This document shows positions 6,851-18,800 of a stretch of 32,000 nt of DNA, piece after piece (the first letter of the stretch is position 1; every line of letters starts with the position of its first letter). The notes under the pieces are model-generated. The model was not told where the DNA came from and did not search any database. It saw only the letters and a list, made by a program, of their open reading frames with translations. A program made the translations under genes and the position numbers. This DNA is from Candidatus Thorarchaeota archaeon (GTDB lineage Archaea > Asgardarchaeota > Heimdallarchaeia > Hodarchaeales > Hodarchaeaceae), in the NCBI GenBank assembly GCA_048882505.1, contig JBHLRO010000014.1, forward strand, positions 1 through 32,000, read 5' to 3'.

Positions 6851-9800
6851 TTAAATGTAAAGATTCTTGTTCTTATCACCATCAACAAATACAGGGATAA
6901 TTGCATCACCGAATCGAGACTGGAGGAAGAGGAAATTTTCTTCTACTGATAACGTCCAATCCCATATCTGTAGCCAGTTCCCATAAAACACTGAATAACG
7001 ATCAAATGTGTTAGAGAATAGTGGTCTGTCGTCTTTTTGAGCTGCAATAAGAGATCTTTTATCTGATTCTAACTCATATAACATACCTTCGCCAAAACAG
7101 GTGTTAAAAACAAATAGCTGATTTGATGTTTCCCAGACATTAACCAATTCACGTAATTCTGTATCAAGTATTAAATGCCCGTTATTCGTTACAATCCCCT
7201 GAGTTTCATTTGCAAATCCATTATTTGAAATATCAATCGCGTGACCTCCGTAATTAACTATAATAGTAGTATTCCATACATCCTTTTCAAGTACATCAAT
7301 GAGATTGACCACATTCTCTAGGGATTGATAATTCAAAAACTCATCTACCAACCAGAATACACGATACCCCTTATCCCTATAGGTTTGGATTTGAGTCAGA
7401 TAGTCGTTATAGAGAGTCCCGAGCTGGGACAGATCATTAAACTGATTAGAGGGCGTTGCGAGAACTAGAGCAATTTTGTGTTCCTCACTAATCTCGAGGT
7501 AGCTGCTTATCACTGTGTCTACATCGAATGACCCCGCAAAGCTGTTAGATTCATTTATTCGACTAGTTCGCATCAGATCATAGAAATATCTGACATTAGA
7601 GAGCAATGCAAACTGTTCATCGGTAGCTAATTTAGTAAAGTTTGTATTATATAATTCTTGGTTCACGGTTTGGCCTGCGTTATACAATGGAATATTTGAT
7701 ACCTGAGTTGAGTTGAAAACTCCACCAATAATGCTGGTTGTGTTCTGACTCATAGAACCATTGATTTGGACATTATAGGTTGAATTAATGGTGAAAGTTC
7801 CTAAAGTTGCATTGGAAGGAACCTCGGCAACGTTTAACACTTGCCATGTATCATTACCCAAGTTGTATATCATTGAATTGGTGTCGAGACTTTGACTTTG
7901 GGTACTGTTCGTAATAAAGTCAATTCCGTCAACGGAAATGTCTTCGAGATTCTCATAGTAGAAAGTATCAGTCCAAGATAGGAAGTCTGAAGCCTGCAAA
8001 CCGCTGTTTTCCCAGGTAGTATATACCCCCTGAGTACTATTTACCGAGGAAGGGGCATTCCATATCTGACCAGAAGGAGTGCCAGTCCACCGGAGATGGT
8101 CAATGTAACCATCGACATAAACTAAAGTCCCAACTTGTGCCTTAACCTCCACGGTTCCACTGTATTTGCCTACACCTTGGACGTATGAACCCATGTCAAT
8201 TGGATCCGACCAACGCCCGTAATTGGTTTCATATTTAAGAACACCGGCCTTAGTTACTTTGATAGCTATATAATGATGACCAGTTGCAAGTGGTGGATCG
8301 AAATAGTAATATGGATTTCCTGTTATTAAAACTTCTATTCCCCACCAGTATCCAGGCGTGGGGGTCTCCAGAGCTATCGCATCTCTCTGTTGTCCTTGTG
8401 CGTACACATAGAGATAATTATTCTTTAATTGTAGATACCAGTTGAGATATTTGTTGAATATTATACGCATATCTGTGTCATAGGAAATTGGTAGGAAATT
8501 TATCGATAAATAGATGTCTTCGCCACCCCAACTGAAATCAGAGACGCTACTACTCTTGACCAAGTAATCGTATAAGTGGAATCCCTTATATGATGGGTTA
8601 CTCCAGCTGGGAGTGTAGTCCCAGTCAGCATGACACCAGCCTGCATCGATAATTGTACCCCAACAGTGTAGACTGTTGGGAGAACTATAGACTGAAGAAC
8701 TCCAGCTACTAATTCCCATACCTATATTTGTACCTTCGGTCCAAGTGGTAAATTCAGATAGACTATTGAGGTGGTTTTCTCTTCCTGAAGATGGAGGAAC
8801 CACATTTACATAAGCAGGAGTTACTGAATTATGATCCGCGTAGTAGGTCGATCCTGTTCTAATCCAACGGAACTCGTAATCGGGAAATGTATCTTGCCAA
8901 GCCCACTGTTCTAATATCACTTCGACAAAATCGAAGAAGAACACGTCATAATGTCCAATCTTTCCAGTTCCGTCACCTGTCACTCCAGTAATGATATTCC
9001 CGTTATAATCACGCATGGAGTTCCAACCTCCTCCTTCTTCGACTACCCAATGTAATTTTGGTTGGTTCTGGTTATCACTCTTTTGCCAAAGCCAGCCATA
9101 GACTTGAAGGGTGTAGACCTCACCATCTCTGACGGGAGTTCCCTCACCCTGCTCTGTTGCGGTACCTGTAAACACTAGACTGTTTGGGACTCCCTGAGGA
9201 TAACCGACTGCACCCCCACCGTAATTGGTTTCAGCAATGGTTACACTCGCCAATTCCTTGAGGATATCAAAGTCAGCATTACCACCCACGGTATCGCGTA
9301 TGGTTCCCCAATTGGAATGATACGCTTGGGCAAAAATGGAGTAGTCTCCAGGGGTACCACCAGAATCTAGTTTTCCTGCAATAGTACTCCACAGAGTTGC
9401 AGGAATATCTACTTCTCCCTTTCCTCTGATTGGATTCCAAATAGGTACAAGTCCTTCCCAACATAATTCATACGGGGCTTGGTTGCAATCGGGTACATTA
9501 TCGGAATCTTCATTGATCCACACAGTTACTGATACCGATGACATCCCTTCAGGAATCCATCCAACGTCAATTACATCGTCATGCCGCGCCATATCGTCTG
9601 ACCAATAGGTACTCGTAGATCCGACTACCTGAATACTCCAATCGATAGTATCTATTCTAGTATATCCTGATTGGGCGGATTGGGCTGACTGATCTGTAAA
9701 TTCTGCCACAAAATAGCTTCCACCAACTAAACCATTAAGAAGCATTGATACGTCATCGCCATCCCATGTGGTCCAGTCCGTACTCCAACTGTCTGTAAAG

Positions 9801-12800
9801 ACGTAATTGGTGGGGTAATTATTACAGGTTGACCAGTCACCCACACAATGACCAATTCGATATTGTGAGGGATTTCCGTCATAGACGTCCCAAACTAGGG
9901 TGTAACCGAGTTGACCGAATGCAATGGTATCATCTGGTGGTGTCTGGATTACATTAGGTGCGTTATCTGTAATGCGCACTCTGATGGACGCATCCCTGGT
10001 AGGATGATCCTCGAGGTGATCGTTCGCTTGACCCGCTGAATCATAGGCGTACCAAATAAGGTTATATTCGGTGTATAGATTAGCTAAAGTTGGATCTGTG
10101 AGGGAAGCAAGGTCAAACGTGATGGGGGTTCCACTTGTCCAGAGGTTACTAGTACCGTCTACTATCCATGTTTGACTCACGTCATCAAAGATCTTATAAT
10201 AATCGGCGTCGGTATCAAAGAATGTCATAGAAAGAATATTTGATGCTCCTGCCTCGGAGTACAACGGTTCGGCTGGGGAATCCCGTCCAGTGAGTAATGG
10301 GATTGGATTAGATACCTGAACAGTGACGGTATCATCGTTGTAATACCCTCCTGTGTTGTATGCGGTGATGGTGTAAGGATACGTTCCTGCATCAAGACCA
10401 TCGACGTTCGCAGTTACGGTCTCGGGGTCTGTCCACGGAATTTGTGTCTCCGCTGGAGTACCCTCACTTTCTACTGTCACTGACCGTACTGCCATTTCAG
10501 CGGGACGATAATCATCGGTTTCGTAATGGAACATGATATAGGCTATAGGACCTCGTTCGAAGCCGTTAGATGGGATTGATTGCCATGTATCTGCACTGGA
10601 AAACGGATAAGATGGATCGTCGGGGAAACGATAACTTCCGAGTCCATTGATGTATTGGAGACTCAAAACGCCGTCGATTATGCTGGCCCCGCTTACTGGG
10701 TTCTCCGATAAAAGTGGAATATCAGTCCCCAGTGCATCATAATATTGTGCAGAGAACTGCATCTCTCGTCCAAATGGGAAGACTCCAGGGTACGAAGCAT
10801 CACTATCTTCGTAAGAGAACCGAATCACAGGTTCCTTATTGGCGTTCAGGAAATAAATCTGAAACAGTCCTGAGTGACTAATGCTAGAACCAGAGTTGAA
10901 GTTATCAGCATCATAGATAAAGTCCACATCAATACGCCAGTCTCTCGTTGTGGGGAGAGTGACTGCATGTGTGATTCCTGCGAAATTGGCACCATTATTC
11001 CACCAATCGGTACTGTACGGAGTCTCGGGGGTCAACAGATTGTCTGTGCCATCAAAATAGTTGATGACATCCTGATTGTACGCAATACTCCAGTCAATTG
11101 CAGGATCCTCCCGAGCTTGATGCCACCCGCCAACGTATGAATCGTATAAGGCCTTGGCCTCTGTAGGGGATAACGCCAGATCATAAATGCGGAATTCATC
11201 AATCGTTCCACGCATGGTATATTGATACCCACTGCGCATCTCATATCCAATCCACCCATCCGTGGCGGCGGCGGTGTCTCCATGAGGATCACCCGCAAAG
11301 ATCGGATTTGCACTGTCAGGTTGTCCGTTGATATAGAACCGCGCGTTCCGACCGCCCTCCCGATTATAGACGACTGTGACATGAGTCCATGTATCGGTGG
11401 GGATGGTTGTAGTGGATAACGCTGGTTGGTCGTCGTTTTGGAGGAGTAATCTGTTACCTGAGAGTCCAAACCACATGGTAGTACTCCATGATTTACCCCA
11501 GATGGTGCACATTCCACAACTGGAGGTGCGTTTCACCCAAGCACTAATTGAAAATACATCGGTATCCACGAAATTCGTGGCTAAGCCATCGACATATACA
11601 CGGTCTCCTGTTGCGTCATAATATAACGCAGAACCTTCATATCCACTTGTCCATGTTGGTGTCCCACCAAAATTACCGTCCAGTCCATGCCCGCTGGTGT
11701 CGTAAACGATTGATCCTGTGTTTTCATCGAGTTTGAAGTGAGCTATGGGATCTTTATCTGATAAGACCGTGGAGGGTTCATAGAGTGTCTTCCAAACAGT
11801 TGGGGTACCTTCGACCTTGACGTGGTGGAAATAATTATTTCTCGGTCTACGTCCGCGACCTGAGGTGGTAAGTCGAATATACGTGGGTGTACCTCGTTGT
11901 AATAAATCTGCCCCACCAGCAGCGGCCGTTAGATCTTGCCATACCCCACATCCCGCAACTATCGTGCCTTGGGTATTACAAACGAAGAACACCGAAATGG
12001 TCTGACCCTCTTTTTTGAGTTGGACATCTCCCTTCATATTATACCCATTGACCGCAGCCGGACTATAGATTTGAGTTTGTGTTCCGCCTGCAGTATAATA
12101 ATATGCATAAGTATAATACCGATGTGCACCCGAACTGGCAGAGCCATCACCATAGAGAAGGTACACCATTTCTTCCATAAATTCATTCAGAATGATAATT
12201 TGATGAGTTCCAGACGGACTATACGTGCCATCCACATAGGGGAAGGTATCGAGTTCAGTAGAAAATGTGAGGTGCCAATCCTCTGCTTCGCTAATCCCCA
12301 ACTCTCGAACCATTCCCGCTGCTTGATATGCAAGGGGGTCATGACCTGGACTACCATATGGTAACCAATAATCGAGGTAGTGTGGTGTTTCGGGGGTGAT
12401 GACATCATTGCCGTTGAAAATCGTTAATATCTCGGATGCGGATAAATCATCATTATAGAGGGTAGGTTCATCAATTCCTCCTCCAAAAATATAATAATCA
12501 TCAAGGCGACGACCAATATTGATTGGGTTTACTGTGTTTCGGACTAGAGTGAAAGTTCCGCCCCCGACTTGAGACGTAGCACCCGTATCTTCTACCCCAT
12601 TAATATATATCTTGATACCTTGATGTGCGTTTGTTCCTTGAGTTCCATCATAGGTAGCTGCAATGAATGACCACTCATTATCATCTATCATCACTGATGA
12701 AATTTTCCCTCGTTGACTCGCTGATCCGTATGAGTCATCGTAGAGATTAAGCTCCACACGGTGTTTGGCTGTATATGGATCGGGTGGACAATTTTCGGAC

Positions 12801-15800
12801 TTGAGTTTGAATTCCCATTCCATGGGACTTGGATAATTCTGCTTAGAGATGACATGGTGATTACATCCCATGTAGGTTGGATACACCCAAGCCATCCAAG
12901 TCATTCCGTTTGTTCCTGGAGTAAAGTCGGAGGAATCTGGAATATATATATAATTTTTATCTGTATACCCACCAAGCCATAGGGAGTTGCCTGCTTCGGG
13001 TCTGTAACTGGTGGTCCTTGAATAATTGGGTCCATATATCGTTCCATGATGTCGGGCATGACTACTATCAGCTGCACTGTTTCCCGATCCCTCGTTCAGT
13101 AAGAGCTGGAGGACTAAATTCTCAGAATCAATCGGGGCATTATACGAAGTCATATCGTGCCAATTTTCATTACCGGCATTTTCGTAGTAAGGATGATCGT
13201 TTTGTTGGGTCCATAGTGATACGTCAGACATATCATCCTCCCAAACGAGAGCCATGGTTTGGGTGATCTCCTCTGGGCGTAAGGCCCAGCCATCGCGTTC
13301 AATGACATAATAATCGGCGGGATCACCTGTACCTTCCGTTATAACCCACGTGATTTGGTTGCCAGTCTCGCCAACATTATACTGTAGGAGGTCATTGGGT
13401 ATGTCGGGGTTTTGAACAACATTTGGCCCCGCTTCAACAATAACATCGACAGGGTCCGAAACAAAATTAACGGGCAGTGCATCGTCCGTTGCATTCATAA
13501 GGAAGGTATAGGATCCACCTACCAATCCATCTATGTCAACTTGGAATTCAACATCATGAGTCCATGTGATGTCGTCATATGTACTCCAGATGACGTAGCT
13601 TGTGTCTGGTGCACCCAGAACCTTCCACAGTACATCGTAAGTTCCAGTTTGGTCATACTGGTCGGAAACGGTCCACGCAATAATATTTCCAGTGGAATCC
13701 TCTACATAAATGGGGATATCAGGAGGACTTGTTGTGGTGGGGATTGGGTTGTACACGGTGACATCATACACATTGCTTAATACGCTATTGGCTGGTGAGG
13801 CGCTGTCAGAGACGTTTACTCGGAATTCATATAATCGACCAGCCGCACTACCCTTAAGATCCGATTGTAATACTACAAAGTTGACCAAGTCACCTGCACC
13901 ATCGGTCACGAACCATGAACCACTACTTCCTGTTCCAGTCCAAGGTGCCCATGTTCCCCCGTCTATTCTGTACTCAGAGAACCACCCACCTGAGTCCCCT
14001 ACTTGGGGTTGAGAAGGCAAACCTTGATAGTCATTCACAGTGAAATCTAAGGTTAGATCACCACCATCATCTTCATAGTAGGTCCCACCGTAGGTAGTTG
14101 GGAAACCAGAGATTGAGGGTGGGTAGTTATAGACAGTTACCGTGGTGTTGTCACTAGTAACCTGATTACCTGGAACCGCACTGTCCGCCACAACCAAACG
14201 GTAAATATAGGATATTCCAGTATTGTTGCCTACTAGGGTCGAGAGAACAATTGTGGCTTGTGGAGACCCAGTTCCATCTAACCAAGTTCCAGATTCTCCC
14301 GGAATGTCTTCCCAAGCATCATTGATGTAGTGTTGGACTTGCCAAGTTCCGCTATCATGGACATCATATGTCGAATTATAATCAGATATGGTCCAGTTCA
14401 GGGTGAGGGGGCTGTAATTCTGATAGTAATCCATGTGTGGGTCTGGAGAAATACCAGAAGGAGGATTATTATAACTCGTGACGTCAACTCCATCAAATAC
14501 CTCCGAACCGAACGCATCAAGAACCTTGAGGCGGAACTGGCATAATCTTCCAATGGGGTTTCCTTCCAAATGTGTGTTCGGGATGGATGCGTAAATGGTG
14601 TCGCTTGTCCCTAGGGTGTCGTTCCATGTTCCTGTGGTATTATAACCTGTTAAATCTTTCCAGTAACCATCTAACCATTGAATGCGCCATGTCCCTAAAT
14701 CATAAGGATCGTTAACCGTCCATGTCAGGTTGATGTAATTATCCTGCCCCTGATAGTACACAGGAATGTTGGGATTATCCGAAAGAACAGGGGGATCGTT
14801 ATAAACGAGAATGCTGATTTCTGCTGACCCTGTGTTATCCCCGCTTTCGTCCGTTACATTTAGACGGAAGTAGTAAGGATCAACACTAGCAGATAGGCCG
14901 TCTATCGTGACTGCGATAGTGAAAGCAGCACCAGTAGAATTCCACGTCCCAGTTCCCGATCCATCTGCGGGATGCCATTCACCCCACGATCCGCTAGGAC
15001 CAACCTTTAAATAGGCTTGATAGCTGCCTGCATCAGCATGTGGGCTATTCTGATCGGTTGCGTCCCATTCGATGATATGTCCTGTGGTGAATTCTAAGTA
15101 TTCATATCCTGGTGGGGCGCTTTTCTCAACTACGGTAGCAAGGGGATTGGTAACATCAATTTGTACACTGGATGAAGTATTGAAATCACCGCTTTGATCT
15201 GTTACATTTGCCATGAAGTAGTAGGGTGTCATTGTGTAATTCAGACCATCTATAACCACGGATATGAGGTCTGATGCTACTCCATCTGTGATCCACGTTC
15301 CTGATCCACTGGGATCATTTAGCCATGGTTTCCATTGAATATCGGTACTATTCTTGTAATAGATCTGGTACGAACCTCCACTCTGTATGCTATTGACGTC
15401 TCTGACCGTCCAGTTAATAGACGTCCCGTTAACGAGATGGATATAGGGAGTTGTGTAGTCTTGGATTTCAATGCTAGGTAGAGGATTGTATACGGTTACA
15501 TTGACCAAGTCAGAAGTAGTATAGGCCTGTTGATCGGTAACATTAATCCGGAATGTATAAGTCCCTGTGGGCGATAAACCATCAACGCTGACTGTGATTG
15601 GTGTGTCATATACCCAAGTTCCACTATCCCACGCAACCCACGATGTAACGGCATCAACATAGTCATACTCTACTACATACGACCCGCTATCGTAGGGGTC
15701 AGTAACATTCCACATAATCGAATGTCCAGTGGTAAATTCAATATAGTCAGGGAATTCGATATCTGGTGGTGGTGACAGGAATTTTGGTCTATCATGTCTA

Positions 15801-18800
15801 AAGATCCAGTCAAAGGTTGTGATATTTGTTTGTAAGAAACGATCTCTAGAAGCATTAATGATAAAGTCGTGCGTACCTGGGCCGTATTGGGTGTAGTACC
15901 AATTAAGGTCTGTAGGTGGATTCCAAGTTAGTAAAGGTCTATCTACATGACCAGTAGAATTAGTTATTGCATTATTGATAACCAATAGATCGTTACCACT
16001 ATTAAAGACTCCATTTTGTATGAAATCTACCCACGCAAAGATATTCACATTCTGTGGGTCAGTCAAACTAGTGACGTATTCACAACCTAGGCATGCAGGG
16101 ACATCTCCACCGTAGGAGGTATTGACTCCTGGAGTCCATATATTGAAGGTTTCAACAGTGATATTGAAGGGAACTTCGATGGTCTTAGGTTCAACATATA
16201 TGCCCCGTGATGCGTTGAAAATGAGGGTGTAATTGCCCATATCTGTGAAGTATTGATAGAGATAGGATGCCCATGAAACGGGAGTAATATCTAAGGTGCC
16301 ATTGGTAACTCCTGTGGTCAACAGGTTGTCGATAATGATCGGTTCCGTACCAGAGTCATAGGCGTCATTGTCGTTGATATCAACCCAAGCAAAAACATTT
16401 ACGTTACTATTATCTCTCATATCTGTAACGCTTACTCCATCAACAATCGTTGTTTCAGGTGCGTCATGAGACCATTCAGTTGTGATGGCACTGGCCGTAA
16501 GATTCATCTTCTCCCGATCACGTAATAAGAAAGAGTCGAGTGCGAATGTACCGCCATCGTAATACTGATCTATGTTAGTTCCATTGAATATCGTTTTAAT
16601 TTTTACCCAACGATCCGAGGGAGATGGAGACCAGAATGAATCATCCCAAAAGAAATTAACTCCACATTGTCCAGTGGAATTGGTGGAGCAAGTTCCTGGT
16701 ATTCTGTACCAGGTAGTACCTCCGTCAATGGAGTAATTAAAGTGAATTTCAATTCCCTGAACGGGTACACTACCAATGGGGGTATCATCTTCGAAAACGT
16801 GGCCAAATAATGGAATGGTTGCACCTTCAAACCACCAATAGTCCTGATCCTTGTATTCATACGCTGTGCCATCTGCATTATATCCTCTAACTACACTGGT
16901 TTCGTTGGCTATTGTAAATGTCCGAACTGTGGTCTGGTTAAAGATTCCGCTACGCTCGTAGGAGATGTAAAGCAGCCACGTGTTGGTGTAGTTGTGGAAC
17001 CATGTCGGGCCAGATATTTCAGCCCATGACTTTCCTGGGATTGAAACATAACCTGCGGCGTCACTGGTATCGTTGACGAATAGTAGTTCACTGCCACTAT
17101 CGTAGACTTGATCCCCATCCAAATCGATCCAAGCATGGACCTTCACACCTGAGTTATCTACCAGGTTTGTAACCTGCAGATTCGAGGAGGGCATCGGATC
17201 ACTCCAAGGAATGGAAATGGAAGACATTGATATAACAGCAGTCTCTGCTACAACCACTCTGAAGTTATCAGTAGTCCTGGTTCTATCCCGGTACCGAGGA
17301 GAACTGGATAATGCGACCTTTATTTCATAATAGCCTAATGGTAGTCCTGAAGGAATATTCCAATCTACAATGGTAGCCTTCCCAGTGCTGTCGGTGATTG
17401 CACTCCCAATCCAATTCCATGTGCTATTATCTTGGTGTTTGTATTCGAACGTCACGCTTTCTCCATCTAAGGGTACAGGATCGGAAACATTCGTCACATC
17501 CCACAAATAAGCTTCGAGTGTGACTGTTTTTCCTTGGGATTGGATAACGTCTCCATAATTCTGAGTAGTATAGCTAAAGATAGCCAACCCCTTCTCGATA
17601 GTAAAGATAGCACTGGCATACGCGGGATTTATAACATCAGACTTTGTACCGTTTACCATGAGAGTATAGTTTACTGCGCTAGTATATCGATCAAATGTAT
17701 CCCAAGACAAAGAAGGCAGATCATATCTACCTACCTGATTGGCCGTGACATTATCTGCCAATACTAGTTCACCAGGATCCTGATCACCCTCATTGTCTTC
17801 GTCAACCCAGATTGTATAGAATAAGTTGTTGTACTGGGGAAGGGTGCCTGCTGACACCATTCCCTCAACAGCTGGGGATGATTGGTTATAACTGAATACC
17901 AGATCTTGTAATGAAAGGCGGAGCTGTAAGCTAGGAGGCCCGACGTCGAATTCTGTCCAAGATGAATTATACGCTGTATCGTAGAATTGACTTGCGTCTG
18001 ACGTGGGGTCCAATCGGAAGTTAATACGGAAATGCCCTTCATCTAGAACCAATGGTTTTCCATCATATAAGATTGCACGCTGATTTGGATAGTTGGCACT
18101 GAGTTGGTTCCACCATTGGAGCCAGATTACGGTGTCGGTGTTAACATTGGGTGTCATTGGGGTATTAAGGAAATAGTAGAGATTGGGTGCTGTGGGGTCG
18201 GAAGCAGTTCGATAAATCCAGTTAACTTCTATGGCAGAGGGATTGTCTGAGAAATATTGCCCGACAATCGGAAGTGAGTGTGAAGTAGGTTCAACTCCGT
18301 AGCTATCGATTCCCAGTTTTATGGTAAGAACTCGTTCATGCGAGTTGGGTATATGAGCTGGATTAACGACAGATGGAGTTATTGTCCAATCTGGGTCATA
18401 ACCGAGACTGGGGTCTAATGTTCCGAAGATTGTGGTTCCGTTATTGTGGTATGTCGTGTTATCAGGAGTTGGCATAGCATACTCGACATGTAAGAAGTCT
18501 GATGCGTCATCAGGTATTTGGAATCCTACCCAGTAGTCTTTATCACCTTGGAGAGTCACATATGGATTAAAGTTTAGTTGGAACCATTCAGGGGTAAAGT
18601 ACCAGGCATTAAGGAAGATGTCGTCTGTGGTCGCAATTAAATCTAGTTGATTGCCGTTTAACTCGTATATGACCCCCCGAATAACGGTACCAAGACCAAT
18701 CGATGAGTGAGTCGCATATAAACTTAAATCTTTCACTATTGAAGTATACGGTAAGTACATTTCAGTAAGGACGAGTGATCGTGCAGAGGGGTAATTAGTG

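Noticed and set aside
1411-6909. Short alternative ORFs (1411-1680, 2257-2451, 2661-2972, 2834-3022, 3541-3840, 4141-4356, 4564-4755, 4846-5028, 5113-6331 set, 6637-6909)
   Set aside because: They overlap better-supported genes or lack coding-like composition and start signals.
8820-8840. HNS tripeptide as an intein C-terminal junction in the giant ORF
   Set aside because: No block A (C/S start), block B TxxH or LAGLIDADG motifs upstream.
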